The notes: generated from the sequence alone by a model not told the origin. A DNA stretch of 63,045 nt, filler included, from Dirinaria sp. TL-2023a (GCA_051941275.1; 54 parts of 54 records of this genome joined end to end with filler, not necessarily neighbours in it), one strand, 5' to 3'; positions 24,558 to 38,288 are shown, numbered from the whole stretch's first letter. Numbers and translations: made by a program.

Positions 24558-24815
24558 AGAAAATATAAAAAACATAACTCGAACAGATAAAACTTTTTTT
24601 GAGATTTTTATCAAGATATTTCTTTAATTTCTGAAATTTATAATCAGAAATAAAATAAATTCGACTCTTGAATAATTGATTGAAATTATCGATAAGCTCA
24701 ATTTTGTGATCATAAAATTTATGAGAAAATAATTCTTTTGTTTTTTTAGAATCGAACGCTTTAGTTAAATTTTTATATTTCGAGAAAATTAGTTTAATAA
24801 TATCTTTCATTGTTA
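24558..24815 (-). pseudogene. Ty3/gypsy pol relic upstream of RT core
   Basis: ELFSHKFYDHKIEL...LKKYLDKNLKKSFI resembles LPPHRPYDHKIEL...LKKYLDENLxKGFI. Confidence 0.75.
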
Positions 24816-24915
24816 NNNNNNNNNNNNNNNNNNNNNNNNNNNNNNNNNNNNNNNNNNNNTTAATTAATTAANNNNNNNNNNNNNNNNNNNNNNNNNNNNN
24901 NNNNNNNNNNNNNNN

Positions 24916-25093
24916 CACCAAAGCCGCGTCCGATCCGGCTCAGCCCCGCAGGCCATGGCGGCCATCCGCCACACCACCCTGTTCGTGACCCGCGAGCAGG
25001 CCGGATCGCTGCGCACCACCCGCGCCGCCTCGGCCGGAGACCGATGCTCGACCACCGAACCAGCCCTCAGGAGGGCTTCTTCGAATGACCCTG
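24916..25093 (+). mobile_element. Bacterial ISAs1-family right end (transposase C-terminal remnant)
   Basis: QSRVRSGSAPQAMAAIRH resembles ISAs1 C-terminus; ends ...GAATGACCCTG (CCCTG terminus typical of ISAs1); high GC. Confidence 0.6.
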
Positions 25094-25112
25094 ACAACCG
25101 GGCCGTCGTCGG

Positions 25113-25141
25113 TTGACAGGTCGACCGGCTACGTTTACGGC
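25113..25141 (+). promoter_or_regulatory. Putative sigma70 promoter of tRNA gene
   Basis: TTGACA-17 bp-TACGGC just upstream of tRNA; -10 lacking the final T is common in Alphaproteobacteria. Confidence 0.5.
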
Positions 25142-25151
25142 TCCTTTGGCG

Positions 25152-25236
25152 GCCCTGGTGGCGGAATTGGTAGACGCGCTGGTTTCAGGTACCAGTGGGT
25201 AACACCGTGGAGGTTCGAGTCCTCTCCAGGGCACCA
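25152..25236 (+). tRNA. Bacterial tRNA-Leu(CAG)
   Basis: GCCCTGG/CCAGGGC acceptor stem, CTGGT-TTCAGGT-ACCAG anticodon arm, long variable arm, GGTTCGAGTCC, encoded CCA. Confidence 0.97.
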
Positions 25237-25330
25237 AGACTTCGGGAGTAATCTCGTTGTTTTTCGGTAGCTTAGCTATAGTTTCGAAGCCGTCTTGAGC
25301 ACCTCGTGGTAACACACAAGGTAGCACAGG

Positions 25331-25853
25331 ATGGCTTTTGTCGTTGAAAGAGGTCGGTCTTCGTTCCTTGTGCTTCGATATGTGGAACAGAAGCCTAATG
25401 GCTCTTTCCAATATCGGCGGAGGATTCCTGAGGACGTCCAGCCTGCCTATGGAGGCAAAGCATTCTTCGTCAAAAGTTTGAGGCGAGACGCTGATCAGAT
25501 ATCGAGACTCTCAGCTCGACTAACTGAAAGCCTTGATCATGAGTGGCACCGTCTTAGGTTACATACAGGGGCAGTAAATGAGCTAGCCTCAGCTCATTCT
25601 ATAACTGCCGATGACAATCAGAGTGTAAAAGAAGTTGCTCAAGAGACATGCGACAATCCTCTGCCTCGTTGTAGAACAAACAATTCTCCAGCTCTCCAGA
25701 ATGGTGTTTTGACGCTCTCTGAGGCCCTTACTATTTATCTCAAATACCATCGCTGTGGAGATGAAGAAAAATTCATTGCTGACAACAAACGAGCGATCAT
25801 GGCTGTAATCAACCAGATCGGTGATTTACCGATTGACGCCTACACACGCCTAA
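25331..25853 (+). pseudogene. DUF6538-type integrase N-terminus, truncated by IS insertion
   Basis: FQYRRRIPEDVQPAYGGKAFFVKSL motif; directly downstream of tRNA with GC drop; frame ends inside IS end. Confidence 0.7.
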
Positions 25854-25990
25854 GAGCCTGACCCAGAAGCCTACGATCGCGCGAGTCGCCGGATGCCGAA
25901 CTGGATGGCAGCGAGCGTGATGAAGGCCAGCAGGGTGGAGGCGAGGTTCTCGAAGTCCTTGGCCAGACGCCGGTTCCGGCCCAGCCAGGA
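25854..25990 (-). mobile_element. IS5-family element end with transposase C-terminus (25871-25990)
   Basis: Minus-strand SWLGRNRRLAKDFENLASTLLAFITLAAIQFGIRRLARS*; IR GAGCCTGACCCAGAAG preceded by TAA. Confidence 0.85.
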
Positions 25991-26924
25991 NNNNNNNNNN
26001 NNNNNNNNNNNNNNNNNNNNNNNNNNNNNNNNNNTTAATTAATTAANNNNNNNNNNNNNNNNNNNNNNNNNNNNNNNNNNNNNNNNNNNNTTACTTGTGA
26101 GACTTGAGATCGAACTCCGCTTATCGACGACTGCGTCTCAGCAATCTGCTCGCTCAAAAGATCTCCTGACTTCTTCACACAGCCAGGAGAGAAGGGCGCA
26201 ACGTGGTGCGCAGGTGTAAGTAACGCATCTCCTCTTCAAATAACAAGAAGGCCCCCCATACTAAATTGGAATGTTAATCCCGGACCTCAAGATCGACTTA
26301 TTTTGCGTAATACGCTGACAGCCGAGCTTTTGCTCTTCAGTATCGTGAGAACGGGACGGACACCTGCAAGGCCGCGCTTAAAGACGTCAACGATCACGCT
26401 TGATTCAGCTTTGAGAAGTGTCAGAGCTTGATTAACGGAAAATTTGAAAGTACGGTAGGTTTCATGACGAAGAATTGCAAAGCACAGATCGTGGTCATCA
26501 AATCCGTTGTTTTGCCGTCTAACGAATCGCTTGGGTGATTGGGAAAGATCGATGATCAACCTACGGAGGAGGCCCAGACATCTAGCTCATGTGAGTGAGA
26601 CACTTGCTGGGTTCAAGAATAAGTTGATAAGAGTAGCCATTCTTTTTATTCATTAAAGAGCTCGGTTCCTTTCACTATCTCACATTCTTGTCGCGACATA
26701 AGTCAAAAGTGAGGAAGATCTTTCGATGTATCTGCATTGTTAGTAGGTTTAAATCAAGACACCCGATGAAAGAAAACCAGCTTTGTGCGTGCAAGCTGCT
26801 TGATTTGATACCAGAAGCAGCGCATGATATGATCTATTGGGTGACAGCTTGCTGCAATTCTTTGCACGTTCAACAACGGATGACTCTGATGTTGAAGAAC
26901 TGCTTGGATTTGAACCAGCATCGA

Positions 26925-27162
26925 GTTACTGATGAAGATGAGCATTGAACTCTCCACCCGCCCATTCATTCAGTTCGTCGAGGATGTTTCGTGTTTCTAG
27001 AAAGTCCTTGACGGTACGATCCAAGAACTGAAGAGTGCGACTATCGCTGAACTCCAACAGATCTTGACAACGTGCCAGAACACGTGTTCGTGTGATCTCC
27101 TCAAGCTTGTCTACTACCTTTGCGTGCTTTGAAGAGACATTGTCATCTCTTAAATCGAATAA
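26925..27162 (-). pseudogene. NACHT/NLR-associated winged-helix segment, degenerate
   Basis: ARCQDLLEF...LQFLDRTVKDFLE resembles RCxxLLE...FLHRTVKDFL; stop follows shortly. Confidence 0.5.
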
Positions 27163-28434
27163 NNNNNNNNNNNNNNNNNNNNNNNNNNNNNNNNNNNNNN
27201 NNNNNNTTAATTAATTAANNNNNNNNNNNNNNNNNNNNNNNNNNNNNNNNNNNNNNNNNNNNGGATATCCCTAGCGACGATTGCAGGCATTGACGAGATA
27301 TCCAAGACTGATATTGAAGATAGGACTCTGAAACATCCTCCGACCAGCAGCTTCAAGATTGATACGACTAAAACCTTTAGGGAAATTTCTCGAACTCGAA
27401 ATACCATCCAAGCTAAGAAGATAATAAAGCCTATCGAATATGCGGTCATTTCAGTCTTTTCAAATGTATCATCGGACTTAGTCAATCGACTGTCGCGCTG
27501 ATCAATATGAGAATATACATTATTGGCAATTCGAAAGGGAATTACTCCTCGGTGTGGACACTATCGGTTCAGATTTAAAAAAAAATCGACTAACATCTTC
27601 CTTGTGCAAGGATTTCTTGACAATCATGGAACCAAAGCAAATTTCAAATCCTAACGTTCGCTGAACCATATATACTAAATAGACCCTCACCCTCGTCCTC
27701 GGACAATTGATAGAGGTCTCAGTCACCTAGCCCGGTGACATTTCAGACAATCGGGAGTTTTTCGAACAAAATTTTCCATTGATATAGGTCAAAACGGTAG
27801 CTGAAAATGCTCTTATGATTGTTTTAGGACTACACGAAGTACAAGCAAGGAATGCTAGCGCCCATGCTGCGACTCAACCAAGACAAGTGCGCCTAGGTAC
27901 TTACTTGAATAAAACTAGTAAATGTGCTATATATCTGGGGCAGACCAAGGAGCGTTGGTCACATGTGATTGGATGCCATCAAAAGGAAGTTCATAGACAT
28001 AAAGTCATTGCTTGTCTTATCTACAAGATACAATCGCAGAGTATTGACTCGATGCAACAATGGTCATGTCATCGATAATCTGAAGATTGATCGCGTCGAA
28101 AGATTCAGTTTCAATATGTTACGAGCAGATACGAAACTTTATCAGTTTCATTGCCCTGATTGAAATTACTATGTTTATGAAAAGTGATCAGTTCGAGACT
28201 CACTGATGGCACGTATATTTCTCACAAGAAAAGTTCTAACGATGAAGAATGTCATTGTCGTCCCGACTGCCGACGTTTCGAACGCGAGGACGAAAGAGTT
28301 CTTGCATCTATCATCAATCAATAAGACGATGAGANNNNNNNNNNNNNNNNNNNNNNNNNNNNNNNNNNNNNNNNNNNNTTAATTAATTAANNNNNNNNNN
28401 NNNNNNNNNNNNNNNNNNNNNNNNNNNNNNNNNN

Positions 28435-28478
28435 GTAGGTGGGTAGGTGGGTAGGTGGGTAGGTAGGTAGGTAGGTAG
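28435..28478. repeat. (GGTA/GGTG)n microsatellite at contig edge
   Basis: Direct reading. Confidence 0.85.
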
Positions 28479-30595
28479 TGTAGGTATCGAGGGAGAGTAG
28501 GACTGGACGTGGGTCGAGGGTGCAGCGATAGATGGAAATGGAACGGAAAAGACGATGTCGGTGAGTCGGTGAGTCGGTGTATCTCTGGAAGCTCGCTTGG
28601 TCGGATGGATCCGCCCTAACGCGATGTGCAATGACGCCAGTCCCAAGGCTTGGCGTGGGCGGGGTGTTGCTGACTGGTGGATATTAGAGGCTGCCGAGGA
28701 CAGAATAGTAAGGTACCTATAGGGTAGCCAGGGTAGGGTAAGGTAGGGTCAAGGAAGATAGGTAAAAGTATCGAGATTATTATCGTATTAAAGAAGATCG
28801 GTGGTACCGCAGCGGGAAGTTAAAAACCAGAGATGAAAGGTAACTTCGAGGGTCGATGACGGCAGTAAGGGACAAATGGTGGAACGAGCCAAAGATATTG
28901 ACAATGGCCAGGCTTGGCGCCGGCCATACGACTCCTGCTTGGGTGCTGGATGGGCAGGCGGAGTGGGAATCCCTGGCTGAGAATGTCTCTCGTTGGTGGT
29001 GGGGCTGACTTGGCCGAATGACCAGATCTGGCAGGCAGGAGTTCACTCTCCCCTTGGATGATCTCCTGTTCGAGCCACCGCTGACGGATGGAGCTTGGGG
29101 AGCTTGGGTGCAATAGCGAGAAGAAGGGAAAAAAGGATTCCTGCAAGACGGACGGCAAGCTTGCAGATGCGCGACGGGACGCTTGGACTTATGTCGTTTG
29201 AGCAGCCAGATAGAGATCGAACAGCGTCAAATGGTCGCCGCTGCAGCTGTCATTCGGTGGTTATTTATGGTTTTCTAGTTGGAATAGCTGCCTTCAGAGC
29301 CTTGGGACAACGCCACACCCTCTTCACGACAATTACGCGTAGACGTGACCGGTGTGAGTCATTCGGACAAGACACGGTCTCAGCAGGGCGAACTCGATTA
29401 CCCCATATACTTTTTCGCGCCGGAACATCCTCTGCCTACATACCTTACCGTACACCATGAAGAGCAAACAAACAGTTCAGGATACTGCTTAGGGTTACCG
29501 GGAGGANNNNNNNNNNNNNNNNNNNNNNNNNNNNNNNNNNNNNNNNNNNNTTAATTAATTAANNNNNNNNNNNNNNNNNNNNNNNNNNNNNNNNNNNNNN
29601 NNNNNNCTGGCCATAACTCCTTTGACTAAAGAAGGAATGAGCTCCACACCCAAAAACCACTTGGCAAGCAGGAATTCAAGACGACGAACGACCGCGTTCT
29701 TTACCAAGGTACAACAAAGCCATGACGAGCGGGAAGGGGGAGACTGAGCCTATTCTGGGCCTCGTGTCTTTTCTAAAACAATAATAAGGTATGTTCATGC
29801 CTCTTCCATCATGCTTCGAACGCTGCTGAAATCCATCAACAGCCTTTCATCAAACAACTGGACAAGCGAAGCTGAGGGGACTGCCCTTAGCATGTGTCCG
29901 CACAGGAGCGCCGAGGATGGCGCTGTAGCACAATACTTTTACCTTTAGCTTGTGGTGTTTTTATTAGTTACAGCATCCTCATTCACTTAATCCCCCCAAT
30001 TCTGTAACTACAGTTTTAGCAACTTAGCATTCATTATGTAGCTCATGCTTATCAAAATGCAAATAAATATGTTCCTTCCATGTTGAGTTGCCTGTGCACT
30101 TCGGTTAGCTGATATTTCCACAGCAGAGCGCGCTAAATGGATCTCTACGGTAATGTACATGTAGGTAAGCTACAATGAATCCCCTAGCAAAAAAAAAAAA
30201 AAAAAAAGACCCGAAAAATAGACTTCTCCCAGCCGGAGGTTAAATAAGTTTCTGTACCTGAAGTCCAGTTCGACTTCAGAAATTTCTAATTTCTGAAATC
30301 AATTACAAATCGCAAATTCCATAGTGTGTGATGGGGTGTGTAATATTTCAGCCTTACCTTGGTTCCACCGCGTAAGTTTCTACACGGGATTCAAGCTAGG
30401 TAGAGGCCTGACCTTGAATATCATGCTGCAAACGACCAGATGATGTCCTCCGTGATACAGCGCGGTCTCGGTAAAGCCAACTTGCCCCTTTTTCTGAGTG
30501 TGTTAGGTACGCCTGCCTCTTCAAGAGCTAAATAATGCTATTTGTGATAAGTGAATTCTTTTGCAGGGGGGTTTTTTTTTTTTCGTTCTAAGGTC

Positions 30596-30641
30596 ATGTA
30601 TGTATGTATGTATGTATGTATGTATGTAGGTATGTAGGTAT
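30596..30641. repeat. (ATGT)n microsatellite
   Basis: Direct reading. Confidence 0.9.
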
Positions 30642-31948
30642 CTGATGCTTTTCTGTCTGCTTTGTAAAGTAGTTGAGNNNNNNNNNNNNNNNNNNNNNNN
30701 NNNNNNNNNNNNNNNNNNNNNTTAATTAATTAANNNNNNNNNNNNNNNNNNNNNNNNNNNNNNNNNNNNNNNNNNNNTCCTCAACACCCCCAACAACATT
30801 TCTTAGATAGGTTGACCAAAACGGTCTAGCTTCTAGACTAGTCACCTCAACACCTCTAAGGGTAAATAGTGCCCACAAATGCTTTTCCATAGACTTTAGA
30901 CAATACATGCAACATACACATACACAGGTGCAATTGACTTGTTGGCCTACCAAAATCTGACACTTGCCCTAGCCCAACACCTCCCTGAAGGCTACCTCTC
31001 CCTTGACCTAAGTCTGTCCAGGTAAAAACCTCAAAGAATAGCAGCTTCTTCTTCCACGATTTAGTAAACCCGGCTCGCCCATATTGGGGTTTGGAATTGA
31101 GGTTTCAGAGAGAGAGAGAGAGGGAACAAAACACCTCTGAAGAAGCTAATGATCATGAATGTCAACCGGGACTAGGGTCTGTCGGGATGATTACTGTGGG
31201 ACAATTTGGCGGACGGTAAGGGAGGGTTGTTTAGGGAATAAGGTGGTTTGGTTCTGTGGGGGCTGGGGGCTGATTCTGGGTCGTTGCAGTAGTGGCGTGG
31301 CTTTGAAAATATGCTGTGGAGGTGGTGAGGGAGTCGCTTTCCAACGACAAGTTCATTGACCTTTCCCCCCTTAAGCTTAGGAACCGCTCCCGAGAATACC
31401 TTGTTTGTAGGTAAGCTGTTTGTGGTTCGAGTTATCACGTCGCACGGCGATGTTTCGCTATAAGAGCAAATATCCAGCGATGGAATTCTCAGCATTGTAT
31501 CTATCTAATATTTTTTATACCTTCTGAACTTTTATTCGTGCAACACACTCATGAGACTTCAAAATTATGAAAGCAAAACGATAGTGCTGACAAGCTCGTA
31601 CGTAATATCGACGTATATATCAAACACCCTTCTTTCACCATACTTTCCTAAAGTACTTATTATCGAATAAACCCTGATCGTCGTCCAGGAACTTGGAGGT
31701 ATGAAGGGACTGGTCTGAAGATCTGTTTTTCGTAAAATACATGTAGATAAGGGTCGGTGCAGTAGGTGGAGATTACTTTATTATATTTAGAAATTCTAAG
31801 CTAAAGAGAAGAATCGCAGAGAGGTTTATTTCATACATACTTGTACGTNNNNNNNNNNNNNNNNNNNNNNNNNNNNNNNNNNNNNNNNNNNNTTAATTAA
31901 TTAANNNNNNNNNNNNNNNNNNNNNNNNNNNNNNNNNNNNNNNNNNNN

Positions 31949-32595
31949 GGCATTTTTTGGCTTGGCATACTGTAATTACGACGTACGTCCATACTTGGAA
32001 GATCAGTCAGCTAACCATCGATTGAAGCTGTGTTGTCGCTGGCACAGTTCGCCTCTATTTTGGTTACCGGATCATTGCTACCCCAGCTTCTGTGCTCACC
32101 GACAGCGAATATTCCTGTGCGTTATCCGAGCGATAGATTCCCGAGTCGATTGCTGACACGATCTGGATAGACATATCGAGCAATCTGAGCATCTGGTCTG
32201 TAATTGAGCCTTGCATATCTATCATTGCAGCCTGCCTTCCAACTCTCGGTCCTTTGATTCGAGACGGGGTCTCGCTCCTGTCTCTTGCTCGACGCCTCCA
32301 GCAACGTTTCCTCAAGCGAAGTAGAGCTAATTATATCGAATCTGACCGCGGTACCGGCCCAGTCCACCGTACATTATCGTCCTCAGGAAGAGCATGGCAT
32401 AAATTCCAGGAAGATTGTTCGAATACGTCGTATTCGGTAGAGGTGGAGCTGGGAAAGCCCGCAAGACCCCAGGAAGCGTGCTTTCTGAAAGCGATACGAT
32501 TAGGCGATGGCATGGACGATGATGACTCAGAGGAGCCTTCGAGCATTAGAGTGGATAGAAGCTTCGGCACAGAATCAGAGCAGCGGCGGATTTAA
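31949..32595 (+). CDS. PTH11-like integral membrane protein, 3' exons
   Basis: Spliced GIFWLGI/CVVAGTVRLY.../ISSNLSIWSVIEPCISIIAACLPTLGPL; W-x-x-x-E...ACLP signature. Confidence 0.8.
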
Positions 32596-35455
32596 ATGCA
32601 TCACTACTATATATTGCACAGGCTGTTGCTGAATTGATGTTCAACATTGCCGTTGCCAATGACTAAACAACGAGACAGGCGAGAACAAACCAAACAATCA
32701 GCCATAGCGCAGCAAGCTCGGTCCATCCGGGCACTAGAAATATCTCCACCATGAAACCTCGTCTCAGTATCTCCAGCGTCACAATGGATAAAACAGCAAG
32801 TTTTCTTTATCAAATGCCAAATTCTGTTCCCCCATACCTTCCTTTTGTATGCTGATCTAGCGAAAAGCCAAGTATCTAACAGCCCGAAGACCAAAGTTTT
32901 CACCGCACGGGCGGGTTCCTCCTCGTTGAACCGTACATGATAGGGCAAGACCTCCGAGCGCCAAAACCTTAAAGAAAATCTCTCCACCCGTCCCACTCCT
33001 CCTCCTCCTCCTCCTGCTNNNNNNNNNNNNNNNNNNNNNNNNNNNNNNNNNNNNNNNNNNNNTTAATTAATTAANNNNNNNNNNNNNNNNNNNNNNNNNN
33101 NNNNNNNNNNNNNNNNNNGCTGCTCCTTCAGCTGCCTCCGAGATTTATGACGGGTGTAAGGGTACCAAATCGTGTCAAACTAGTCTCAGAGCTCCGTTTA
33201 CTAACCGATGCGAGACTGCTCATTGAACGCCAGGCTAATGAAGCTCGCAGTTGATTACTATGATTGTGGGGCGCGTATGAGACAACCGGTGTAGGTCGTA
33301 AGGTGGGATGTCAGGAAAGCAACATCTGCTCGATATCAGCAAAAGCGCTTCCGCACCGCAATCTGGAGTGTAATAATGGAGCTGGCGATAATGAAGCAGT
33401 TACGGGAGTCAAGGGTAGTGCTGGAAGTGCTCTACATACTCGTCTATACACGCTGCCATATACTTTGCCAAAACCACACTGTCCATGCTTCACGAAGAGT
33501 TCGCCACGGGCACTGAGCTGGGAATGGTACTGCTAGATCAGCAACTGTGCTCGATACATGTTTTGGACCAGAGAAATCTCACATATGGATCCGCTGCTCG
33601 GTAACACAGCTATCTGGCAAGAGCTCGAGACCATCTGAGTCTTTGCCAACCTCCCCAAACTGAACAGACATCCTCTATGGATACGCTAACTGCACTGATG
33701 GCAGTAGACCCTTTCGTAGCCTTGGGGCTCCGAAGATGACACACACTAAACCCAACGAACGAGTGAGCGATTTGGAAATGTTACCTAATCCACCAGCTCC
33801 GATTCATTAGAGAAATAATGGCGCGACGACGCCGCCAAATTCAAATATTGCCAGATGATCAAGAAGCAAATCACGGCCGATGAATCCTACGTGTATACGA
33901 GAAGTATACAACCTAGGCGTGTTTAGGGGATTGTTTGGGAAATTGACCAAGAAGTGTAGAGTTCGCTTGGGTAGGAAGTGCCTTCAAACAGAAGGCTCCA
34001 ACAAGAAACAAACCGCAGGACGGTCGAGGAGTTCTAACCCGCACAGAGATATCAGAGAGCGCTTCCTCACAGTGAAATGTTTCCTCCATAAGTTGGGATG
34101 ATGATGGCAAGAGATCGTTGCCGCGACCATGGGTTCACTGGCCTTCTAAACTCGATAATTTTCTTTAGCTTTTTAGAAAGATATATTNNNNNNNNNNNNN
34201 NNNNNNNNNNNNNNNNNNNNNNNNNNNNNNNTTAATTAATTAANNNNNNNNNNNNNNNNNNNNNNNNNNNNNNNNNNNNNNNNNNNNACTAGCATTTGAA
34301 TTTTTCTTCTTATTCCATCTCTATCGCTTCGCTTAGAATAGTCTTTTTCATCAATCTTCATTTAGTCTGTGGTATTTGAAGATCTTTCCTGTTGCTAGAA
34401 TGCCCGAGGGCAATTCGCGATTATGCGATCTGCATCTCCGAACTTGGCTCATTAGCAGTTCGGCCGGCCACATGAAAGGAAATGATTGAGTTGGGATATA
34501 TCTCTCTCTGTCATAGTGGCGATTTTTTGACTTGCTAATTACAGTTTATACTGATTTGACACTACGGGAGGATGACATTCCCAAGCTTCCCGATATTTTG
34601 GTGAGTATGCGGCAAGGTATGAGGAAGATAGGAGTTTGGCATTTGACTAGTGTAAAGTAAATGAATGGAGCTCGTAACTCGGGTTTTGTCCGTTGACTCT
34701 TGACCTTGGCCTGACACTATGGATCAATAGGCCGGATATGCAATATTATGGTCTTTCCAAGGTCTTAACGCTTGACTCCATCGGTAGTATCGCTAACGTG
34801 CTTGAGTCTGAGGAGGTCAGCTAAAGAAACTGTCAACTGCACATCTAAGCTCAAGGCCAAACGTCAGCATGTCGGGATAGAGCTGGTTTGCTAAATTGTT
34901 CCCCGTGCTTCCGAAATATGATTTGAATATACTTTTCCGCACTATTTTCCAGGTGGTTACCGTCCGCTCATCCACCTAGATTTGGTTTATCGTAGCCTTC
35001 AGCTTAAGCTTTCTCACGCTCTCATTATTGCAGCATCGATCGCAATGGAGATCCACACCAAAACATCTGCCGGACGAGGCAGCCTCTGCGTCTTCTATTT
35101 CCGTCCATGATTGTGTTCGAAGGTTTGAGAAAGGTATGATATGTGCGGCTCTCTGGCTGTCAAGAAAATGGCGTGGATGCGACCAACATCCAGGGAGTCA
35201 AAGTGCGATAGATTAGTCAATGCTGGCCACGACGGTGGACACTAGCCCACGCGACGTCTCGCTGTATTGGTACAAACACAATGATAATTTCCATCTCCAC
35301 GCACTCCCAAGCCGCCTCGAATCGCTGGAGCCATCGTCCTAGAGCTTCCCATTCGNNNNNNNNNNNNNNNNNNNNNNNNNNNNNNNNNNNNNNNNNNNNT
35401 TAATTAATTAANNNNNNNNNNNNNNNNNNNNNNNNNNNNNNNNNNNNNNNNNNNN

Positions 35456-36521
35456 TGGCAAGACTACTCTCGTAGAAACCTGCCTATCAGATCTGACCAC
35501 CGAACACAGAGAGTATTTTCATATCGTGCGATTGAATGGGTTCATCCAGACAGATGACAAGCTTGCCCTGCGGGAAATCTGGCGGCAACTCGGGCGGGAA
35601 ATGTCTTTAGAAGAAGACGAGGGGCAGGGACGGAGCAATTACGCTGACATGCTGCACTCTCTACTTGCTCTCCTATCACATTCTCCTGAAGCAGCAGAAG
35701 GAGAAGTGGCGCCCGATTTAAAGTCCAAAGCAATAGTTTTCGTGCTTAACGAATTCGATCTTTTCGCCTCACACCCGCGGCAGACATTGTTATACAACCT
35801 TTTCGACGTGGCGCAGTCAAGCCAAGCACCTATCGCTGTACTAGGGCTTACGACGAAGATCAATGTCGTAGAAATGCTGGAAAAGAGAGTCAAATCCCGC
35901 TTTTCGCAACGATACGTCCATCTATCTCTACCGAAGACATTCAGCACCTTCAACGAGACCTGCAAAGCAGCTTTACTCCCTCCCCCACCCTCACTCTCAG
36001 CGCGCCTGCAAAAACCAGACTCGGAACTCGAGACCCTGCACGAAGCCTGGAAAACCTACATAACCGACCTCTTCAGCACTCCCAGCATGGTGACGCACCT
36101 CCGAACAATCTACAGCACCACAGCGTCATTACAAACCTTCTATTCCTCCGCCCTGATCCCCATCTCCCTCCACTCCCCAATCCACCTCCCCATATCCACA
36201 GACTTCACCACACACTCTCTACTTCCCTCAGACAACAAACTCTCGCTCCTGCCCACACTCTCCGACCTCGCGCTCTCGCTCCTCATCGCCGCCGCCAGGC
36301 TAGACATCATCCTCTCCACAGACCTCTGCACCTTCGCCATGGCCTACGACGAATACGTATCGCTCGCCAGCAGACTGAAGCAGCAGACCAGCGCTTCCGG
36401 GCAACTGGCTCTTGGGAACGGAGGACGCGTTTGGAGTCGCCAAATCGCGAAGGGGGAATGGGAGCGGTTGGTGGATCTGGAGTTGGTGCTGCCTGCTACA
36501 GGAGGTGGTGGTGGTGGTGGG
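35456..36521 (+). CDS. ORC4: Origin recognition complex subunit 4, internal fragment
   Basis: GKTTLVE, RLNGFIQTDDKLALREIWRQLG, EFDLFASHPRQTLLYNLFD, LEKRVKSRFSQR. Confidence 0.93.
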
Positions 36522-36621
36522 NNNNNNNNNNNNNNNNNNNNNNNNNNNNNNNNNNNNNNNNNNNNTTAATTAATTAANNNNNNNNNNNNNNNNNNNNNNN
36601 NNNNNNNNNNNNNNNNNNNNN

Positions 36622-37309
36622 GCATCAAGAGCCCTTCATTCTGGAAGACTCGCATGGACGAATCAAGCCCATCTATTTGGACTGTATCAATTCATGGGAT
36701 GCTTTTGACGCCTGGCTCGAAGTGCAGTTTCGTGGCCTCAAAGGCCACAAAATGGTTCAGGACGATCAATATGTTCTTCACGATGTTGCTGCGAACCGAG
36801 ACATAACGCAACGAGTTCCTTGGGAAACTGCATTCCTGCCTGGGCATAGAATCGTGATGTGCATGCTTTTTGAAGAAAGGGTCATTTCTAGCCATTGTCC
36901 CAAATGCTTCTCGGAGTCGCCTGCTGTGAAGGACTCTGAGACTGAATGGTGAGTAAGTCAGAACTGTTCTTCATGCCAACCCAGCTAATCGGATCTATCA
37001 AGCACCGAATGCGGGCTATGGTATCGACGAAAATCGGGAACAGATAGTAAAGCATCCAAACTCGTACGCGGATTTTCGTATTACAAAACGGCGGACCTAC
37101 CAAGTTCTCTTAAAATAAAAAGATTTCTCGAAGATGAAGAAACTGTTAGTTCCTTTAAACGCGTACGCATGGTATCTGTAGCGCCACCCGGCCCATTACA
37201 ATACCATGCACTGTCCCCTCGACGACCGAATTTTTTTCGTTATTCGCCATTTGACCGCCAGCTAGATCCTTTTCAAATCTATCCACCAAGTTACAATTCA
37301 TTTAGATAA
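36622..37309 (+). CDS. Fungal ubiquitin-like-domain protein with Cys pairs, 3' fragment, one intron
   Basis: EPFILEDSHGRIKPIYLDCINSWDAFDAWLEVQF...WETAFLPGHRIVMCMLF...CPKC; GTGAGT...CTAAT...AG intron near 36949. Confidence 0.6.
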
Positions 37310-38014
37310 TTTTTGCCTTGAGGCTCCCACCCCTAACCCCATGTTCCGTGATAAATATTTAGTTCCGTTACGGATTTCGGGCCTGTCGTCGATTACTCAA
37401 GAGAACGGCCTCGAAAATGGGAAGGGAACCGACTTCAAAATACACAGGAGTATAGTGGCAATGGAGTCTTGTTCGAAGCTAGTGCTGGATCGTGATGCAG
37501 ATGAAGATGGATGTTTTGATGACAAGTTAGGGACGACTGCAACTAACCTCTTCAAAGAAATCCAAATTTGAGCTAGGCATCTGTTGCGGCCGACCTTGAC
37601 AGCCTGGAAAACTATATGTAAGAGCTCGGAAGCATTGGCATTGATCCTGAACTATGGATGTTCGTCTGAGGGAGTATCTCTACAAGNNNNNNNNNNNNNN
37701 NNNNNNNNNNNNNNNNNNNNNNNNNNNNNNTTAATTAATTAANNNNNNNNNNNNNNNNNNNNNNNNNNNNNNNNNNNNNNNNNNNNTGCTTCTATGATTA
37801 TATTTTTTTAATTTTTATGCTTTTATTTTGCTTTTTTTCGCATTGCTTTGCTTCAAAAATCGAACATCGAGCAGATCTTTGACTTTGTCGCTCTCTCTGC
37901 TCTCTTTCTATAATAACTCATTTCCGTCAACGTCGTCTTATTCTTAGTATTCAGAAAATCGTCATTAGAATCATGACAGATTTTTTTCTACAATCTAAAT
38001 ATTTTTTTCACATA

Positions 38015-38288
38015 TGTCATGGCCTGCACAGCGCTCATAGACATATGAGTACTACTAGACTAGAATACTAAGTATGAGAAAGAAAAAGAAGAAAAGAGAA
38101 AGAATACTAAGTACAGAAATCAAATAAAGGATCGAGCAATACACGGACCGAAGACGCTAACTCGATCAAGCGAAAATAGCAACATCACTGCCAAAATAAT
38201 CTGATATACCCAACTCAGGGTCCTCAGAGTCATGCTTCAGGGTTCAGACTAGTCACGTGAACTAATTCTCTAGGTCAGATTCATGACA
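38015..38288. mobile_element. Solo LTR, family B (274 bp), TSD ACATA
   Basis: TGTCATG...CATGACA termini; ACATA at 38010-38014 and 38289-38293. Confidence 0.88.
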
